Notes under the pieces: generated by a model | What the model saw: only the letters and a program-made list of their open reading frames with translations | What the model was told of the DNA's origin: nothing | Databases searched by the model: none | In this document: piece after piece, positions 6,736 through 18,250 of the stretch | How the letters are laid out: each line of letters opens with the position of its first letter | Numbering within the stretch: position 1 is the stretch's first letter | Program-made: the position numbers and the translations under genes | NCBI GenBank assembly: GCA_964589575.1 | Contig: CAZPSE010000004.1 | Location: 4,075 to 68,074 of the forward strand | Direction: 5' to 3' | DNA length: 64,000 nt | Origin: an uncultured Gammaproteobacteria bacterium | GTDB lineage: Bacteria > Pseudomonadota > Gammaproteobacteria > QNFE01 > CAZPSE01

Positions 6736-8241
6736 ATGAATGAAGAAAAGTTTAATCGTTTAATCGCTCAAGATTATTCGCACATTCCTTTAGTTCGCGC
6801 AGTCCTTGCCGATTTAGATACCCCTTTAAGCGCTTATTTAAAAGTAGCCAACGCTGCTAACAGTTATTTGTTTGAATCTGTTCAGGGTGGTGAAAAATGG
6901 GGGCGTTATTCCATTATTGGTCTGCCTTCTAAAACCGTTATTAAGGTTAATAAACACCGTATAACGATAGAAGAAGATGGTGTAGAGGTGCAAGGGGTCG
7001 ACGAAAATGACCCTTTAGCGTGGATTGAAAATTATCAAAAACAATTTGCTGTGCCAGAAATTGAAGGCTTAGATGTACTGGCCGGTGGTTTGGTTGGTTA
7101 TTTTGGTTACGATATTATTGGTTACATTGAACCCAAGCTTGCCAAGTTTGATAAAGACGATAGCGTGAATACGCCAGACATTATGTTGATGGTGAGTGAC
7201 CGCGTAATTGTTTTTGATAACCTTAGTGGTAAATTATATATCGTCGCTTATACCAATAAAGAACACGGTTATCAAAAAGGGGTGGACGAGTTAGACCGCA
7301 TTGAGCAATTGCTTGCTACAACAATTATTAGTAACGCAAATACAAAACAAGCTACTGGCGTAAGTGAAAAGGATTTTGTATCGGGCATTACTGAGCAAGG
7401 TTATAAAGACGCGGTTGATAAAGCGCGACAATATATTATTGATGGCGATGTGATGCAAGTAGTGTTATCACAGCGTTTGAGTGTTAAGTTTGATGCTGAA
7501 CCGATTGATTTGTATCGCGCATTGCGCTGTTTAAACCCGTCGCCTTATATGTATTTTATGAATATGGACGGGTTTCATATTGTGGGTTCATCGCCAGAAA
7601 TTTTGGTTCGTTTACAAAATAATCAGGTGACGGTAAGGCCCATTGCAGGAACCCGTCCTCGTGGCAAAACAGAATTAGAAGATAAAGCATTAGAGGCTGA
7701 ACTGTTAGCCGACCCGAAAGAGTTGGCGGAGCATTTAATGTTAATAGATTTAGGCCGAAACGATGCCGGCAGAGTAAGCAATACCGGTACGGTAAAACTA
7801 ACCGACAAAATGCTGGTAGAGCGTTACTCTCATGTTATGCATATTGTGTCTAACGTAACGGGTGACTTAAAAAAAGACCTAAGTGCGATAGATGTTTTAC
7901 GTGCAACCTTCCCCGCAGGTACAGTAAGTGGCGCACCTAAAGTACGTGCAATGGAAATAATAAATGAGCTAGAGCCTAGCAAACGTGGTGTTTATTCGGG
8001 CGCGGTGGGTTATTTGTCTTTTAATGGCGATATGGACGTGGCCATTGCGATTCGTACTGCAGTAATAAAAGATAACGAGCTAACCATACAAGCAGGTGCG
8101 GGTATCGTTTACGACTCTGTAGCGCAAAGTGAATGGGACGAAACCATGAATAAGGCGAGGGCGGTTATTAAAGCGGCAGAAATAGCATCGAACGGATTAA
8201 AACAACAGTCGCACTTAAACATTAAAGGGGTGAAAGCATGA
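6736..8241 (+). CDS. trpE: Anthranilate synthase component I
   Basis: [37 protein letters not shown] motifs; ATG 6736 preferred over TTG 6721. Confidence 0.96.
   Translation: MNEEKFNRLIAQDYSHIPLVRAVLADLDTPLSAYLKVANAANSYLFESVQGGEKWGRYSIIGLPSKTVIKVNKHRITIEEDGVEVQGVDENDPLAWIENYQKQFAVPEIEGLDVLAGGLVGYFGYDIIGYIEPKLAKFDKDDSVNTPDIMLMVSDRVIVFDNLSGKLYIVAYTNKEHGYQKGVDELDRIEQLLATTIISNANTKQATGVSEKDFVSGITEQGYKDAVDKARQYIIDGDVMQVVLSQRLSVKFDAEPIDLYRALRCLNPSPYMYFMNMDGFHIVGSSPEILVRLQNNQVTVRPIAGTRPRGKTELEDKALEAELLADPKELAEHLMLIDLGRNDAGRVSNTGTVKLTDKMLVERYSHVMHIVSNVTGDLKKDLSAIDVLRATFPAGTVSGAPKVRAMEIINELEPSKRGVYSGAVGYLSFNGDMDVAIAIRTAVIKDNELTIQAGAGIVYDSVAQSEWDETMNKARAVIKAAEIASNGLKQQSHLNIKGVKA
6991..7002 (+). repeat. 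Dispersed 12-mer CAAGGGGTCGAC; other copies at 10687(-), 18225, 26996(-), 32924, 36110, 44906, 48530(-), 52989, 61212
   Basis: At least ten exact copies found by eye. Confidence 0.9.
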
Positions 8242-8816
8242 TTTTAATGATTGATAATTATGATTCATTTACCTATAACCTAGTGCAGTACATGGCAGAA
8301 TTGGGTGCGGATGTACTGGTAAAAAGAAATGATGAAATCACTTTAGAAGAAGTGATTGCTTTAGCACCAAAAAAAATAGTTTTGTCGCCTGGCCCGTGTG
8401 CGCCAAACCAAGCAGGTATTTCCTTATCGGTTGTAGAAAAGTTGTCGGGTAAAATCCCATTATTAGGCGTGTGTTTAGGGCATCAAACAATTGGCCAAAC
8501 TTTTGGTGGCGACATTGTGCATGCCAGTAAAATTATGCACGGCAAAACCTCGCCCATTCATCATAAAAATACAGGTGTATTTAAAGGTTTAAGCAATCCG
8601 TTTATTGCTACGCGTTATCATTCGTTAGTGATAGATAAAAACACCTTGCCAAGTTGTTTAGACATTACCGCTTGGACAGAAAACGAAAAGGGAAAAATGG
8701 AAGAAATTATGGGTGTAAGGCATAACACTTTAGACGTGGAAGGGGTGCAGTTTCACCCAGAATCTATCCTTACGGAACACGGACACGATTTGCTTAAAAA
8801 CTTTTTAGATCGTTAA
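8238..8816 (+). CDS. trpG: Anthranilate synthase component II (glutamine amidotransferase)
   Basis: [29 protein letters not shown] motifs. Confidence 0.96.
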   Translation: MILMIDNYDSFTYNLVQYMAELGADVLVKRNDEITLEEVIALAPKKIVLSPGPCAPNQAGISLSVVEKLSGKIPLLGVCLGHQTIGQTFGGDIVHASKIMHGKTSPIHHKNTGVFKGLSNPFIATRYHSLVIDKNTLPSCLDITAWTENEKGKMEEIMGVRHNTLDVEGVQFHPESILTEHGHDLLKNFLDR

Positions 8817-8833
8817 TCGCCAGGAAAATTATT

Positions 8834-9856
8834 ATGAATATCCAACAAGCCATTCAGTCGGTATTAGATAAAAAAGACTTGTCGCAAGATGAGATGTTTG
8901 CCGTAATGAAAATAATCATGACAGGGGACGCAACACCGTCTCAAATTGGTGGCTTTTTAATTGGTTTAAGAATGAAAGGTGAAACGGCCGACGAAATAAC
9001 GGCCGCCGCCAGCGTGATGCGAGAGCTGTCTACCAAGGTAGATGTAAAGGGCGATTATTTGGTCGATACCTGTGGCACGGGTGGTGATGCGTCTGGAACG
9101 TTTAACATATCTACCGTTAGCGCAATTGTAGCGGCGGCGGCTGGCGCGCAAGTAGCTAAGCATGGTAATCGTTCGGTCTCTAGCAAATCGGGCAGTGCAG
9201 ACGTTTTAGAGCGTTCTGGTGTTAATTTAAATTTGTCGGCAAAACAAGTAGCAAAATGCGTAGCAAAACTGGGCGTGGGTTTTATGTTTGCACCGCTACA
9301 CCACAGCGCAATGAAACACGCCATAGGCCCACGTAAAGAAATGGCAGTAAGAACCATTTTTAATTTATTAGGGCCACTTACCAACCCTGCAACTGCACCT
9401 AATCAAGTATTAGGTGTGTTTGACAAGCAGTGGGTAGAACCCATGGCACAAGTATTAAAATCATTAGGCAGCAACCACGTAATGGTGGTTAATGCAGAAG
9501 ACGGATTGGATGAAATAAGTATTGCGGCTAATACCACCGTTGCCGAATTAAAAAATGGAAGCATCACAACCTATACCCTCAACCCAAAAGATTACGGTTT
9601 TGAAAAATCGTCTTTAGCGGGTTTAAAAGCAAAAGATTCTGAAGCCAGTTTAGCGATAATTAATCAGGTTTTAAATAATGTGGATGGCGCAGCTAAAGAT
9701 ATAGTCGCTTTAAATGCAGGGGCCGCCATATATGTATCTGGTTTGGTTGAAAACTATCAACAAGGCATAGATAAAGCGATAGAAGTTATTGCCAATGGTC
9801 AGGCTAAAGCCACATGGCATGGTCTTGTTGCATTAACCAACTCTATGAAAGCTTAA
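8834..9856 (+). CDS. trpD: Anthranilate phosphoribosyltransferase
   Basis: DTCGTGGD, KHGNRSVSSKSGSAD motifs. Confidence 0.97.
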   Translation: MNIQQAIQSVLDKKDLSQDEMFAVMKIIMTGDATPSQIGGFLIGLRMKGETADEITAAASVMRELSTKVDVKGDYLVDTCGTGGDASGTFNISTVSAIVAAAAGAQVAKHGNRSVSSKSGSADVLERSGVNLNLSAKQVAKCVAKLGVGFMFAPLHHSAMKHAIGPRKEMAVRTIFNLLGPLTNPATAPNQVLGVFDKQWVEPMAQVLKSLGSNHVMVVNAEDGLDEISIAANTTVAELKNGSITTYTLNPKDYGFEKSSLAGLKAKDSEASLAIINQVLNNVDGAAKDIVALNAGAAIYVSGLVENYQQGIDKAIEVIANGQAKATWHGLVALTNSMKA

Positions 9857-9858
9857 TA

Positions 9859-10659
9859 ATGCCTACCCCAGATATTTTAAAAAAAATAGTAGCACGTAAA
9901 TACCAAGAAATTGAAGAACGTTCTGAATTAAGCCCAATAAATATACTAAAATCCATGGCGCACAAAGCCGACCCTGTTCGTGGGTTTATACAATCGATAG
10001 AAAATAAATTGGCTAATAATTTATCCGCAGTCATTGCAGAAATTAAAAAAGCCTCACCCAGTAAAGGCGTAATGAGAGAAAACTTTCATCCTGCCGACAT
10101 TGCTAAAAGTTATCAGCAAGGTGGTGCTGCCTGTTTATCTATCTTAACGGATAAAGATTTTTTTCAAGGTTCAGAAACCTACCTTCAAGAAGCACGCTCG
10201 GCTTGCAGTTTGCCGGTTATCCGTAAAGACTTTATCATCGAACCGTACCAAGTTTATGAAGCCAGAGCCATTAACGCCGATTGCATATTATTAATTGCCG
10301 CATGTTTAACAGACGATAAAATGAATGAACTAATAGCATTAGCGCATGAGTTTAATATGGACGTATTGCTAGAAGTGCATGACGAGCAAGAGATGGAGCG
10401 CGCTTTAAACACCCCCGCAAAATTATTAGGCATTAATAATAGAAATTTACGCACATTTAAAACGTCTTTACAAACGTCTATCGGTTTAAAAGAAATGGTT
10501 AAGGACGAAAATAGATTGTTGGTAACTGAAAGCGGTATACATACCAGTGAAGATGTTGCATTGATGAAAAAAAATCAATTAGATATTTTTTTAGTAGGTG
10601 AAGCGTTTATGAGAGCAGAAGAACCCGGCGAACAGTTGAAGCAGTTATTTTTTAGCTAA
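9859..10659 (+). CDS. trpC: Indole-3-glycerol phosphate synthase
   Basis: IAEIKKASPSKG, RKDFI, GINNRNL motifs; ATG 9859 preferred. Confidence 0.96.
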   Translation: MPTPDILKKIVARKYQEIEERSELSPINILKSMAHKADPVRGFIQSIENKLANNLSAVIAEIKKASPSKGVMRENFHPADIAKSYQQGGAACLSILTDKDFFQGSETYLQEARSACSLPVIRKDFIIEPYQVYEARAINADCILLIAACLTDDKMNELIALAHEFNMDVLLEVHDEQEMERALNTPAKLLGINNRNLRTFKTSLQTSIGLKEMVKDENRLLVTESGIHTSEDVALMKKNQLDIFLVGEAFMRAEEPGEQLKQLFFS

Positions 10660-10743
10660 ACAATATGCCTAAAAAGGGGCTAAATTGTCGACCCCTTGCT
10701 AATAAATTAGTGGTTAATAAAGTAACTAAAGTAGCGCTTAAAT

Positions 10744-11379
10744 TTAACGAGTACCAAAAATAACCATGGTTTTACCATGTGCAGTAATTAATTTTTGCTG
10801 CACTAACTCTTTTAAAACTCTACCCACCATCTCACGCGAACAACCAACAATACGGGCAATTTCTTGGCGAGTTACCTTAATTTGCATGCCGTCAGGGTGA
10901 GTCATTGCATCGGGCTCTTTGCATAACTCAAGCAATGTATGGGCTACTCGACCGGTAACATCTAAAAAGGCTAGGTCTCTAACTTTGTCATTGGTTTTTC
11001 TTAGGCGAGAAGCTAATTGAGAGGCCAGTGCAAAAATGACCTCTAAATTTGATTCTGCGACTTTTTTAAATTGATTGTAAGTGATTTCTGCCAGTTCACA
11101 TTCTGTTTTAGCAACAACCCAGGCGCTTCGTTGGGTATCTTCATCAAACAATCCCATCTCACCAAAAAACTCACCTTTGTTTAGGTAGGTTAATATCATT
11201 TCATGGCCCTCTTCGTCTTCTAAAACAACACTAACAGAGCCGTTAATGATGTAATAAAGCGATTCTGAATTGTCGCCTTCGTGAATAATGGTGCTTTTGG
11301 CAGAATAATGCTTTTTATGGCTGTTACGTAAGAGTTCTGTTGTCCAAGCTACTGAATCTTGTTTTTGTATTAAGGCCAT
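10744..11379 (-). CDS. crp: cAMP receptor protein (Crp/Vfr)
   Basis: [40 protein letters not shown] motifs. Confidence 0.95.
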   Translation of the reverse strand: MALIQKQDSVAWTTELLRNSHKKHYSAKSTIIHEGDNSESLYYIINGSVSVVLEDEEGHEMILTYLNKGEFFGEMGLFDEDTQRSAWVVAKTECELAEITYNQFKKVAESNLEVIFALASQLASRLRKTNDKVRDLAFLDVTGRVAHTLLELCKEPDAMTHPDGMQIKVTRQEIARIVGCSREMVGRVLKELVQQKLITAHGKTMVIFGTR

Positions 11380-11540
11380 GGTCTTTTTTTTAATTGTTAT
11401 CCATTATGATGATAGCATGCAATTAATAGATATGTATTCTTTAGCGCGCACAAATAAACGAAATAAAGTTTAATGCCAAGAGCTATTGAAAATGAAGCAT
11501 TGACTGTGATGTAATGAATTTTTTTTGATGGAGTGAGTTT

Positions 11541-11963
11541 ATGAAAACACGAGTTAAATGGATAGATAATATGAGCTTTGTTGCAGAAAGTGACAGCGGA
11601 CATTCAGTTGTGATGGATGGCGCACCCGAAGCCGGTGGACGAAATTTAGGTATCAGGCCAATGGAAATGGTACTTAGTGGTTTAGGTGGTTGTGCGGCTT
11701 TTGACGTTGTATTAATTTTAAAAAAATCAAAACAAAACATCCAAGACGTGCAAGTTCATTTAACCGCAGAAAGGTCTGACGAAATACCAAAGGTATTTAG
11801 TAAAATACATGCAATATATGAAATTATTGGCAAAAACCTATCAGAAAAACAAGTAAATAGAGCAGTGAAATTATCGGTAGAAAAATATTGTTCAGTTTCT
11901 GCGATGTTAGAAAAAACCGCAAAGATGAGTTATGAAGTGAAAATTATTGACAGTGAAAAATAA
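11541..11963 (+). CDS. OsmC family protein (YhfA-like)
   Basis: RPMEMVLSGLGGC and KYCSV motifs; divergent from crp. Confidence 0.88.
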   Translation: MKTRVKWIDNMSFVAESDSGHSVVMDGAPEAGGRNLGIRPMEMVLSGLGGCAAFDVVLILKKSKQNIQDVQVHLTAERSDEIPKVFSKIHAIYEIIGKNLSEKQVNRAVKLSVEKYCSVSAMLEKTAKMSYEVKIIDSEK

Positions 11964-12328
11964 GGAAGAAAACCTTCCTTATAAATTTATTATTGTTATT
12001 AGTTGCTAAAAGTAAAAAATAATAGCAAGTAAATGCTTGACTTTTCAATTCAGTATATTAGAATATGCTTATATATTGAATTGACTTAACATTCTTTTTG
12101 ATGTTTTCTCCTCCATCTTCCTTTGGTGGTTTTGGCGCAGTAACATTTACCGCGTCCTTTTTAACAATTCTACGTCTTATTTTCAAGCTTTATTATCACT
12201 TTAGAGATATAAAGTAACAATTAACCCATTAAACGCAAACAAAGCTAGAAATTTAAGCCAAAAACCCCTATAATCGCGTCTTTTTCCATATTCACATTCT
12301 GACGATAATGAATCAGAAGTAGGTACCA

Positions 12329-12757
12329 ATGAAAACTTTTGTAGCAAAACCGGCCGAAGTAAAACGTGACTGGTTCGTTGTAGATGCAACGGATAAAACC
12401 CTAGGTAGACTTTCTACCGAGATTGCACGTCGTTTAAGAGGCAAGCATAAAACAATTTATACACCCCATGTTGATACTGGCGATTATATCGTTCTTATCA
12501 ACGCCGACAAAGTGACGGTTACGGGTAATAAATTTAAAGATAAAATGTATTATCGCTACACAGGTTACATTGGTAACTTAAAATCTACTAACTTTGAAAA
12601 ACTTCAGGCAGAAAAGCCAGAAGAGATTATTCGCTTAGCAGTAAAAGGCATGATGCCACGAGGACCTTTAGGAAGAGACATGTTAAGAAAGTTGAAAATA
12701 TTTGCAGGTGCAGAACATACGCACTTAGCTCAACAACCAATCGCATTAGAGCTATAG
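12329..12757 (+). CDS. rplM: 50S ribosomal protein L13
   Basis: [19 protein letters not shown] motifs. Confidence 0.98.
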   Translation: MKTFVAKPAEVKRDWFVVDATDKTLGRLSTEIARRLRGKHKTIYTPHVDTGDYIVLINADKVTVTGNKFKDKMYYRYTGYIGNLKSTNFEKLQAEKPEEIIRLAVKGMMPRGPLGRDMLRKLKIFAGAEHTHLAQQPIALEL

Positions 12758-12767
12758 GAGAATAATC

Positions 12768-13160
12768 ATGGCAAACGAACAATATTATGGAACCGGTCGT
12801 AGAAAAAGCTCAACAGCTCGTGTATTTTTACGTGCAGGCTCTGGCAACATCGTAGTTAACAATAAACCTTTAGATGAGTATTTTGCACGTCCAACTTCAC
12901 GTATGGTAGTTAGACAGCCATTAGAAACAGCCGAAATGCTAGAAAAATTTGATTTATACGTAACTGTAAAGGGTGGTGGTAACACCGGTCAAGCGGGTGC
13001 AATTCGTCATGGTATCGCTAGAGCATTAGTTCAGTATGATGAAGAGTTACGTGCAACTATGAAACCGCATGGTTTCTTAACGCGTGATGCGCGTAAAGTT
13101 GAACGTAAGAAAGTGGGTTTACGTAAAGCACGTAAAGCTACGCAGTACTCAAAACGTTAA
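12768..13160 (+). CDS. rpsI: 30S ribosomal protein S9
   Basis: [18 protein letters not shown]...QYSKR motifs. Confidence 0.98.
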   Translation: MANEQYYGTGRRKSSTARVFLRAGSGNIVVNNKPLDEYFARPTSRMVVRQPLETAEMLEKFDLYVTVKGGGNTGQAGAIRHGIARALVQYDEELRATMKPHGFLTRDARKVERKKVGLRKARKATQYSKR

Positions 13161-13350
13161 TCGTTTTATCCGAAGGTGGAATTCATTCTGCCTTCTATTC
13201 CCTTCATTTTTGGCTAGTAAATTTCGAAAATCTTCGATGTTCTTCTAAATTGCTACACTTGCTTATACCCCAAAAGGTGTATTTAAAAGTACATATCTCT
13301 ATTCATTTATGCAATACTTAGCTTGTCAATAAGTTATTATATGGATAAGA

Positions 13351-13725
13351 ATGAAGCAGAAGTTTATATTAATATTATTACTTTCATGGAGTTTGGTTTC
13401 TAACGCAGATGAATACTCTGATGCGCTGGATGCAGAAGCAAGTGGAATGGTCGTAGAAACTAGAACCAACGAGAAAAACAAAGCGGCAGTTAAAGCACAA
13501 AACAATTGGTCATTTTCTGCCCAAAGTTTATTAGATGAGCTACCACCTAAGTTACCTAAAAAACAATTTGAATCAACTTTGAAAGAACTTTTTTACGGTT
13601 CCTTTATTTTTTACTCCAAACTTAAGCCAAAACAGTCTGACTTTGTTTTTAAAGCTTATGAAGAAGGAATGGGAATTGAAAAATTACGTTCATTAATAAC
13701 AGACGAATATAAAAAATCTTTTTAA
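13351..13725 (+). CDS. Hypothetical secreted protein
   Basis: N-terminal signal peptide; 124 aa; no family recognised. Confidence 0.65.
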   Translation: MKQKFILILLLSWSLVSNADEYSDALDAEASGMVVETRTNEKNKAAVKAQNNWSFSAQSLLDELPPKLPKKQFESTLKELFYGSFIFYSKLKPKQSDFVFKAYEEGMGIEKLRSLITDEYKKSF

Positions 13726-13736
13726 AAGGATAACTA

Positions 13737-14432
13737 ATGATTAAAAAAATATTGATAGGTTTAGCTTCTATTTTTGTATTTACATCGGCCAGCGCTTTAG
13801 ATGTAAAACTAACAGCCGATAGAGATTATGTTGAAGTTTTACATGAAGGTAAAATAGTACGTGTTCAACGTGTTCAAGATCAAACAAATACATTAACAGG
13901 TGGTTTTAGTAAAACGTCTCGTAAATGCCCACCATTTTGTATTGAGCCTGTTTCACCTATAGACGGTATCAGCACGGTAGGTGAGTATGAAATTTTTGAT
14001 TTTATGGAAAATGAACTAACACTGGGTGAAGGCGTAATTATAGATGCACGTGTTACGTCTTGGTATAAACGTGGCACTATTCCTGGTTCAATTAATATTC
14101 CTTTTCAAACCTTTGAAAAGGATGCAGAAGACTTAGAATTGATTGAGGCATTTGAAAGGTTAGGTGCAATTCAACGTGGTGAAGTAGGCGCGTTTAAGCA
14201 AACTTTAGAAAGTTATGGTTTAATGGACGGCGACATGAAAACCAATGAATGGGATTTTTCAAGTGCTAAAATTATTTTACTTTGGTGTAACGGTTCTTGG
14301 TGTGGTCAATCGCCACGAGCAATTAGAGCATTGGTAAAACACGGTTTTCCAATCTCTAAAATAAAATATTATAGAGGCGGTATGCAGGCTTGGCAAGTAC
14401 TGGGTTTAACTACAGTAATACCCGGACGGTAA
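13737..14432 (+). CDS. Secreted rhodanese-like domain protein
   Basis: IIDAR..WY..GTIPGSINIPF and WCNGSWCGQS motifs; signal peptide. Confidence 0.82.
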   Translation: MIKKILIGLASIFVFTSASALDVKLTADRDYVEVLHEGKIVRVQRVQDQTNTLTGGFSKTSRKCPPFCIEPVSPIDGISTVGEYEIFDFMENELTLGEGVIIDARVTSWYKRGTIPGSINIPFQTFEKDAEDLELIEAFERLGAIQRGEVGAFKQTLESYGLMDGDMKTNEWDFSSAKIILLWCNGSWCGQSPRAIRALVKHGFPISKIKYYRGGMQAWQVLGLTTVIPGR

Positions 14433-14442
14433 TGTTTATTGT

Positions 14443-16464
14443 TTAAATATCATCTAAAAGCGCCCGAATACTGTCAATATGTTTTTTGCCAGTTTCGGGC
14501 GTTTTTGTTTTTATAGTACCGTCATCCCAATTCAGTAATTCTCTGGGTAGTTCACTTAAAAATCTGCTGGGCTCAACCTTTACAGACTCTTGATAAGTTT
14601 GCTTTCTTTTTGTGTAGCTCAAGGTTAATTTTTTCTTGGCGCGTGTAATAGCAACGTAAGCTATTCGCCGTTCTTCTTGTATTTGTTCTGGTTCTGTACT
14701 GTTTGAATGTGGTAAAACGTCTTCTTCCATTCCCACAATATATACGTATGGAAACTCTAAACCTTTGGCTGCGTGCATGGTGCTTAGCTGAACGGATTCT
14801 GTGTCTTTTTCTTCAGTATTTTTAGAAATAATGTCTAAAATGAGCATTTTTGATACAATGTCTTTTAAATTAGATTCTTTGTCTTGTGTATCGTTTTCAA
14901 TGTCATCTTCATTCTTTTTATGAATGCGTTCTATCCAGCCGACCAAATCCATTACGTTTTTCCAGCATTTTTCTGCCGCTTTTTGATTGCCACTGGTTTC
15001 ACTTATCCAACTCTGATAGTCTAAGTCGTCTAATATCTCATTAATCAAAAAAACAGGGTCTACTGTTTCTAATGCGCGTTGTTTAGCTTGAAACCAATTG
15101 GTAAATTGCGACAGCTTTTTTTGCTGACGTTCTGATAATTGCGACTGCAAACCTAACTCGCATGATGCTGAAATTAAACATGTTTGCCTTGAACCTGCGT
15201 AATGTGCAATTTTTTCTAGTAATTTTGCACCAATCTCTCGGCGTGGCACATTGATAATTCTTAAAAATGCGGCATCATCGTCTGGGTTGATTAATAAACG
15301 CAAGTAGGCGGTAATATCTTTTACCTCTTTACGTTCAAAAAAAGATTGCCCGCCACTGATTAAATAAGGGATGTTGTGTGTTCTTAACGATTTTTCTAAA
15401 GCACGAGACTGATGATTGCTGCGGTATAAAATAGCCACATCGCCATAGCGGCACTTGTTTTGAAACTTATTGCTAATAATATCAGATGTGATTCTATCCG
15501 CTTCATCTTCGGGGTTAATACAAGGCAGTACATCCAGCTTTTCTCCTTCTGCTAAGTTACTCCATAAGTTTTTTTTAAACATATGTGGGTTGTTGGCAAT
15601 AAGCTGGTTGGCTGCATTTAATATGTTTTTAGTAGAGCGGTAGTTTTGCTCCAGTTTAATGACTTTAAGGGTGTCAAAATCATCTTGTAATTTTTGCAAG
15701 TTTTCTGGTTGGGCACCACGCCATGCATAAATAGATTGGTCGTCATCGCCAACAACAGTAAAGGCTTTTCTAAAACGGCATATTTGTTTAATTAACTGAT
15801 ATTGCGCGTCATTGGTATCTTGGTATTCGTCTACTAATAAATATTGAATTTTATTTTGCCATTTATCCAAAACATCGGGTTTTTCGATAAATAGTTTGCT
15901 GGGCAATAAAATTAAATCATCAAAATCGACTGCATTATAGGCTCGCATCATTTTGCTGTATTCTTTAAAACAAGCAGCGGCAAGGGTAGTTTGTTCGTCT
16001 ACTATATGGCTTGGTGCTGTATTTTCATCAATAAGGTTGTTTTTCCATGTAGAAATTTGATGTAAAATTATCTCAGATTCTTTTAAATTATCTTGGTTTT
16101 TGATGATTTCTTTCATGACGGTTAAACAGTCACTAAAATCGAAAATAGTGGGTGAACGTCTAAAGCCAAAATGTTGATAATCTTGACGTAAAATTTTTAA
16201 ACCAAGTGTATGAAAAGTGCAAATGGTTAATTGACGAGCATCTTTTTTATCAATTATAGAGGTTACACGGGCTTTCATTTCTTTAGCGGCTTTATTGGTA
16301 AAAGTTAAAGCGACAATGTTTTTAGATGCGTAACCGCGTTGTATTAGGTTGGCAATTTTTTGTGTTATAACACGTGTTTTACCACTGCCTGCACCCGCTA
16401 AAACTAAAAGTGGTGTTTCTGTGTGTTCGACAGCTGCTTGTTGTTTAGAATTTAATTGATGCAC
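14443..16464 (-). CDS. rep: ATP-dependent DNA helicase Rep
   Basis: AGAGSGKT, LVDEYQDTN, VGDDDQSIYAWRGA, HAAKGLEF motifs. Confidence 0.93.
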   Translation of the reverse strand: MHQLNSKQQAAVEHTETPLLVLAGAGSGKTRVITQKIANLIQRGYASKNIVALTFTNKAAKEMKARVTSIIDKKDARQLTICTFHTLGLKILRQDYQHFGFRRSPTIFDFSDCLTVMKEIIKNQDNLKESEIILHQISTWKNNLIDENTAPSHIVDEQTTLAAACFKEYSKMMRAYNAVDFDDLILLPSKLFIEKPDVLDKWQNKIQYLLVDEYQDTNDAQYQLIKQICRFRKAFTVVGDDDQSIYAWRGAQPENLQKLQDDFDTLKVIKLEQNYRSTKNILNAANQLIANNPHMFKKNLWSNLAEGEKLDVLPCINPEDEADRITSDIISNKFQNKCRYGDVAILYRSNHQSRALEKSLRTHNIPYLISGGQSFFERKEVKDITAYLRLLINPDDDAAFLRIINVPRREIGAKLLEKIAHYAGSRQTCLISASCELGLQSQLSERQQKKLSQFTNWFQAKQRALETVDPVFLINEILDDLDYQSWISETSGNQKAAEKCWKNVMDLVGWIERIHKKNEDDIENDTQDKESNLKDIVSKMLILDIISKNTEEKDTESVQLSTMHAAKGLEFPYVYIVGMEEDVLPHSNSTEPEQIQEERRIAYVAITRAKKKLTLSYTKRKQTYQESVKVEPSRFLSELPRELLNWDDGTIKTKTPETGKKHIDSIRALLDDI

Positions 16465-16542
16465 TTATTATATGACTTTTAGTTTGGGTAATTTATGGGT
16501 GCGCCATTTTATAATATTTATTAGACTGGTTGCTAGCTTCTT

Positions 16543-16706
16543 TAAAGAATAACTGGGTAGAGCATGGTTAAAAGTTTAATTTCGGTCACTGTATAAGCAT
16601 TGGCATTATACTAATAGCGCTAAGCCTTGCTAGTTTTGAAAAAGCACAAAAAAGAGCAATGCTTAACGTTAATAGTTTGAAAACATTAGTTAATCAGGTC
16701 TTCCTT
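16543..16706. mobile_element. MITE-like element, copy 2 (internal deletion, eroded left end)
   Basis: Homologous to 570-834 but lacks the 95 bp between the direct repeats TAAGCCTTGCT/TAAGCCTCGCT; right end TAGTTAATCAGGTCTTCCTT retained. Confidence 0.65.
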
Positions 16707-16726
16707 AATTTTGGTTACAGAAATAT

Positions 16727-17263
16727 ATGGCATATAAAATAAATAATCATTGGTTAAATAGCGCCGTTATTAAAAAAACAGTTAATTTCGATGATCGAAA
16801 AAAACAAAACGACATTGAATTAATTGTCATTCATAATATTTCTTTGCCGCCCAATAAGTATAAAGGTGCTTATATAGAAGATTTTTTTTGTAACAATTTA
16901 GATACTAAAGCCGACCCTTATTTTGAAACCATTAAAGATTTAAAAGTCTCATCGCATTTGTTAATTAAAAGAGATGGCGAAATAGTTCAATTTGTCGCGT
17001 TTAATAAAAAAGCGTGGCATGCTGGTCAGTCTATTTATAAAGGGAAAGAGAATTGTAATGAGTTTTCTATTGGAATTGAATTGCAGGGTTCTGATTATGA
17101 AAATTTTGAAGACAAACAATATCAGGTTTTAAAAGACGTTATACAAAGTTTGTGTGATAATTACCCCAAGTTGAATGTGAAAAACATAGCAGGACACAGT
17201 GAAATTGCACCAGGTAGAAAGACTGACCCTGGCCCATTTTTTAAATGGGAAAAACTTTTTTAG
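16727..17263 (+). CDS. ampD: 1,6-anhydro-N-acetylmuramyl-L-alanine amidase
   Basis: IHNISLPP, VSSHLLI, AWHAG, GHSEIAPGRKTDPG motifs. Confidence 0.95.
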   Translation: MAYKINNHWLNSAVIKKTVNFDDRKKQNDIELIVIHNISLPPNKYKGAYIEDFFCNNLDTKADPYFETIKDLKVSSHLLIKRDGEIVQFVAFNKKAWHAGQSIYKGKENCNEFSIGIELQGSDYENFEDKQYQVLKDVIQSLCDNYPKLNVKNIAGHSEIAPGRKTDPGPFFKWEKLF

Positions 17264-17307
17264 TCAATTTTAACGTGCATTTTTAAACGTGGTAACGTGG
17301 AATTTAT

Positions 17308-18174
17308 ATGACCTTTATTGTTTTAATGGCAGCACTAATTTTTAATAGGTTTTTTGATTATCATAAAAGCTATAGAACCTTTAATTGGTTTACTGTTTGG
17401 CAAAATTGGCTGGCTAATAAGTGGTTTGTAGATACGGAAAAAAGTTGGATATTTACGCTTGTTTCTTTAGCACTGCCACTATGGGGTTTTGATTTAATTA
17501 TCGGCTTTATTTTTGGTTTTAACTTTATTGTTACTACATTGGTATCTATAGGTATATTGCTTATTACCATTGGCCCGTTAGATTTTGAAAATTCAGTAGA
17601 TGATTATATTCAAGCAAAATCAAAAAATGATGATGAGCTGTCTAAACACTATGCCGAACGTTTAATTTTTAACGACAACCCTGCTTTAAATGAAACCGAA
17701 GAAGTACAAGTAACCCGTTCACTTTTATATTGTTCAGTTGAACATTTTTTTGCGGTTATATTTTGGTTTATTTTATTAGGGCCCATTGCAGCTTTGTTTT
17801 ATAGGGTTATTTTGCAAAACTATTTAAACAACCGCGAAAGCTCATTGGCTAAATTAGTTTTGGCTTATGTTATTTTTATCCCGGCACATTTAGTATCGTT
17901 TAGTTTTGCTTTGGTGGGTTCATTTGAAGAAACGATAAATAAACTGAAAAACATGAACGAGTATTCCAATGATTTATTATCAAAATGCCGTCAATTAACG
18001 GTAGCAAGCGGTTGTGCGGCATTGAGCTTAAATACATCTGTAGCAGAGTATTTAGATGGAAATAATAATACTCAATTTTTAGTAGAAAATGCACGTGCCA
18101 TTATTTTACGAACACTGGTTGTTTGGTTATCAGTAGTATTAATTGTTGTGCTTTCTCAGCTTTCGAATTTTTAA
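17308..18174 (+). CDS. ampE: AmpE/CobD-CbiB family inner membrane protein
   Basis: Hydrophobic; FAVIFWFILLGP motif; follows ampD. Confidence 0.7.
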   Translation: MTFIVLMAALIFNRFFDYHKSYRTFNWFTVWQNWLANKWFVDTEKSWIFTLVSLALPLWGFDLIIGFIFGFNFIVTTLVSIGILLITIGPLDFENSVDDYIQAKSKNDDELSKHYAERLIFNDNPALNETEEVQVTRSLLYCSVEHFFAVIFWFILLGPIAALFYRVILQNYLNNRESSLAKLVLAYVIFIPAHLVSFSFALVGSFEETINKLKNMNEYSNDLLSKCRQLTVASGCAALSLNTSVAEYLDGNNNTQFLVENARAIILRTLVVWLSVVLIVVLSQLSNF

Positions 18175-18250
18175 ATGCACATTTTGTTGTTTCTTTTTAA
18201 TTTACCTTTTAAAAAAAATAAGACCAAGGGGTCGACGCTAGGAGGCATTT

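Noticed and set aside
12063-12389. Small ORFs upstream of rplM (12201-12389 minus, and a ~43-codon TTG-initiated minus-strand ORF)
   Set aside because: No recognisable homology; the first overlaps rplM antisense and its promoter region
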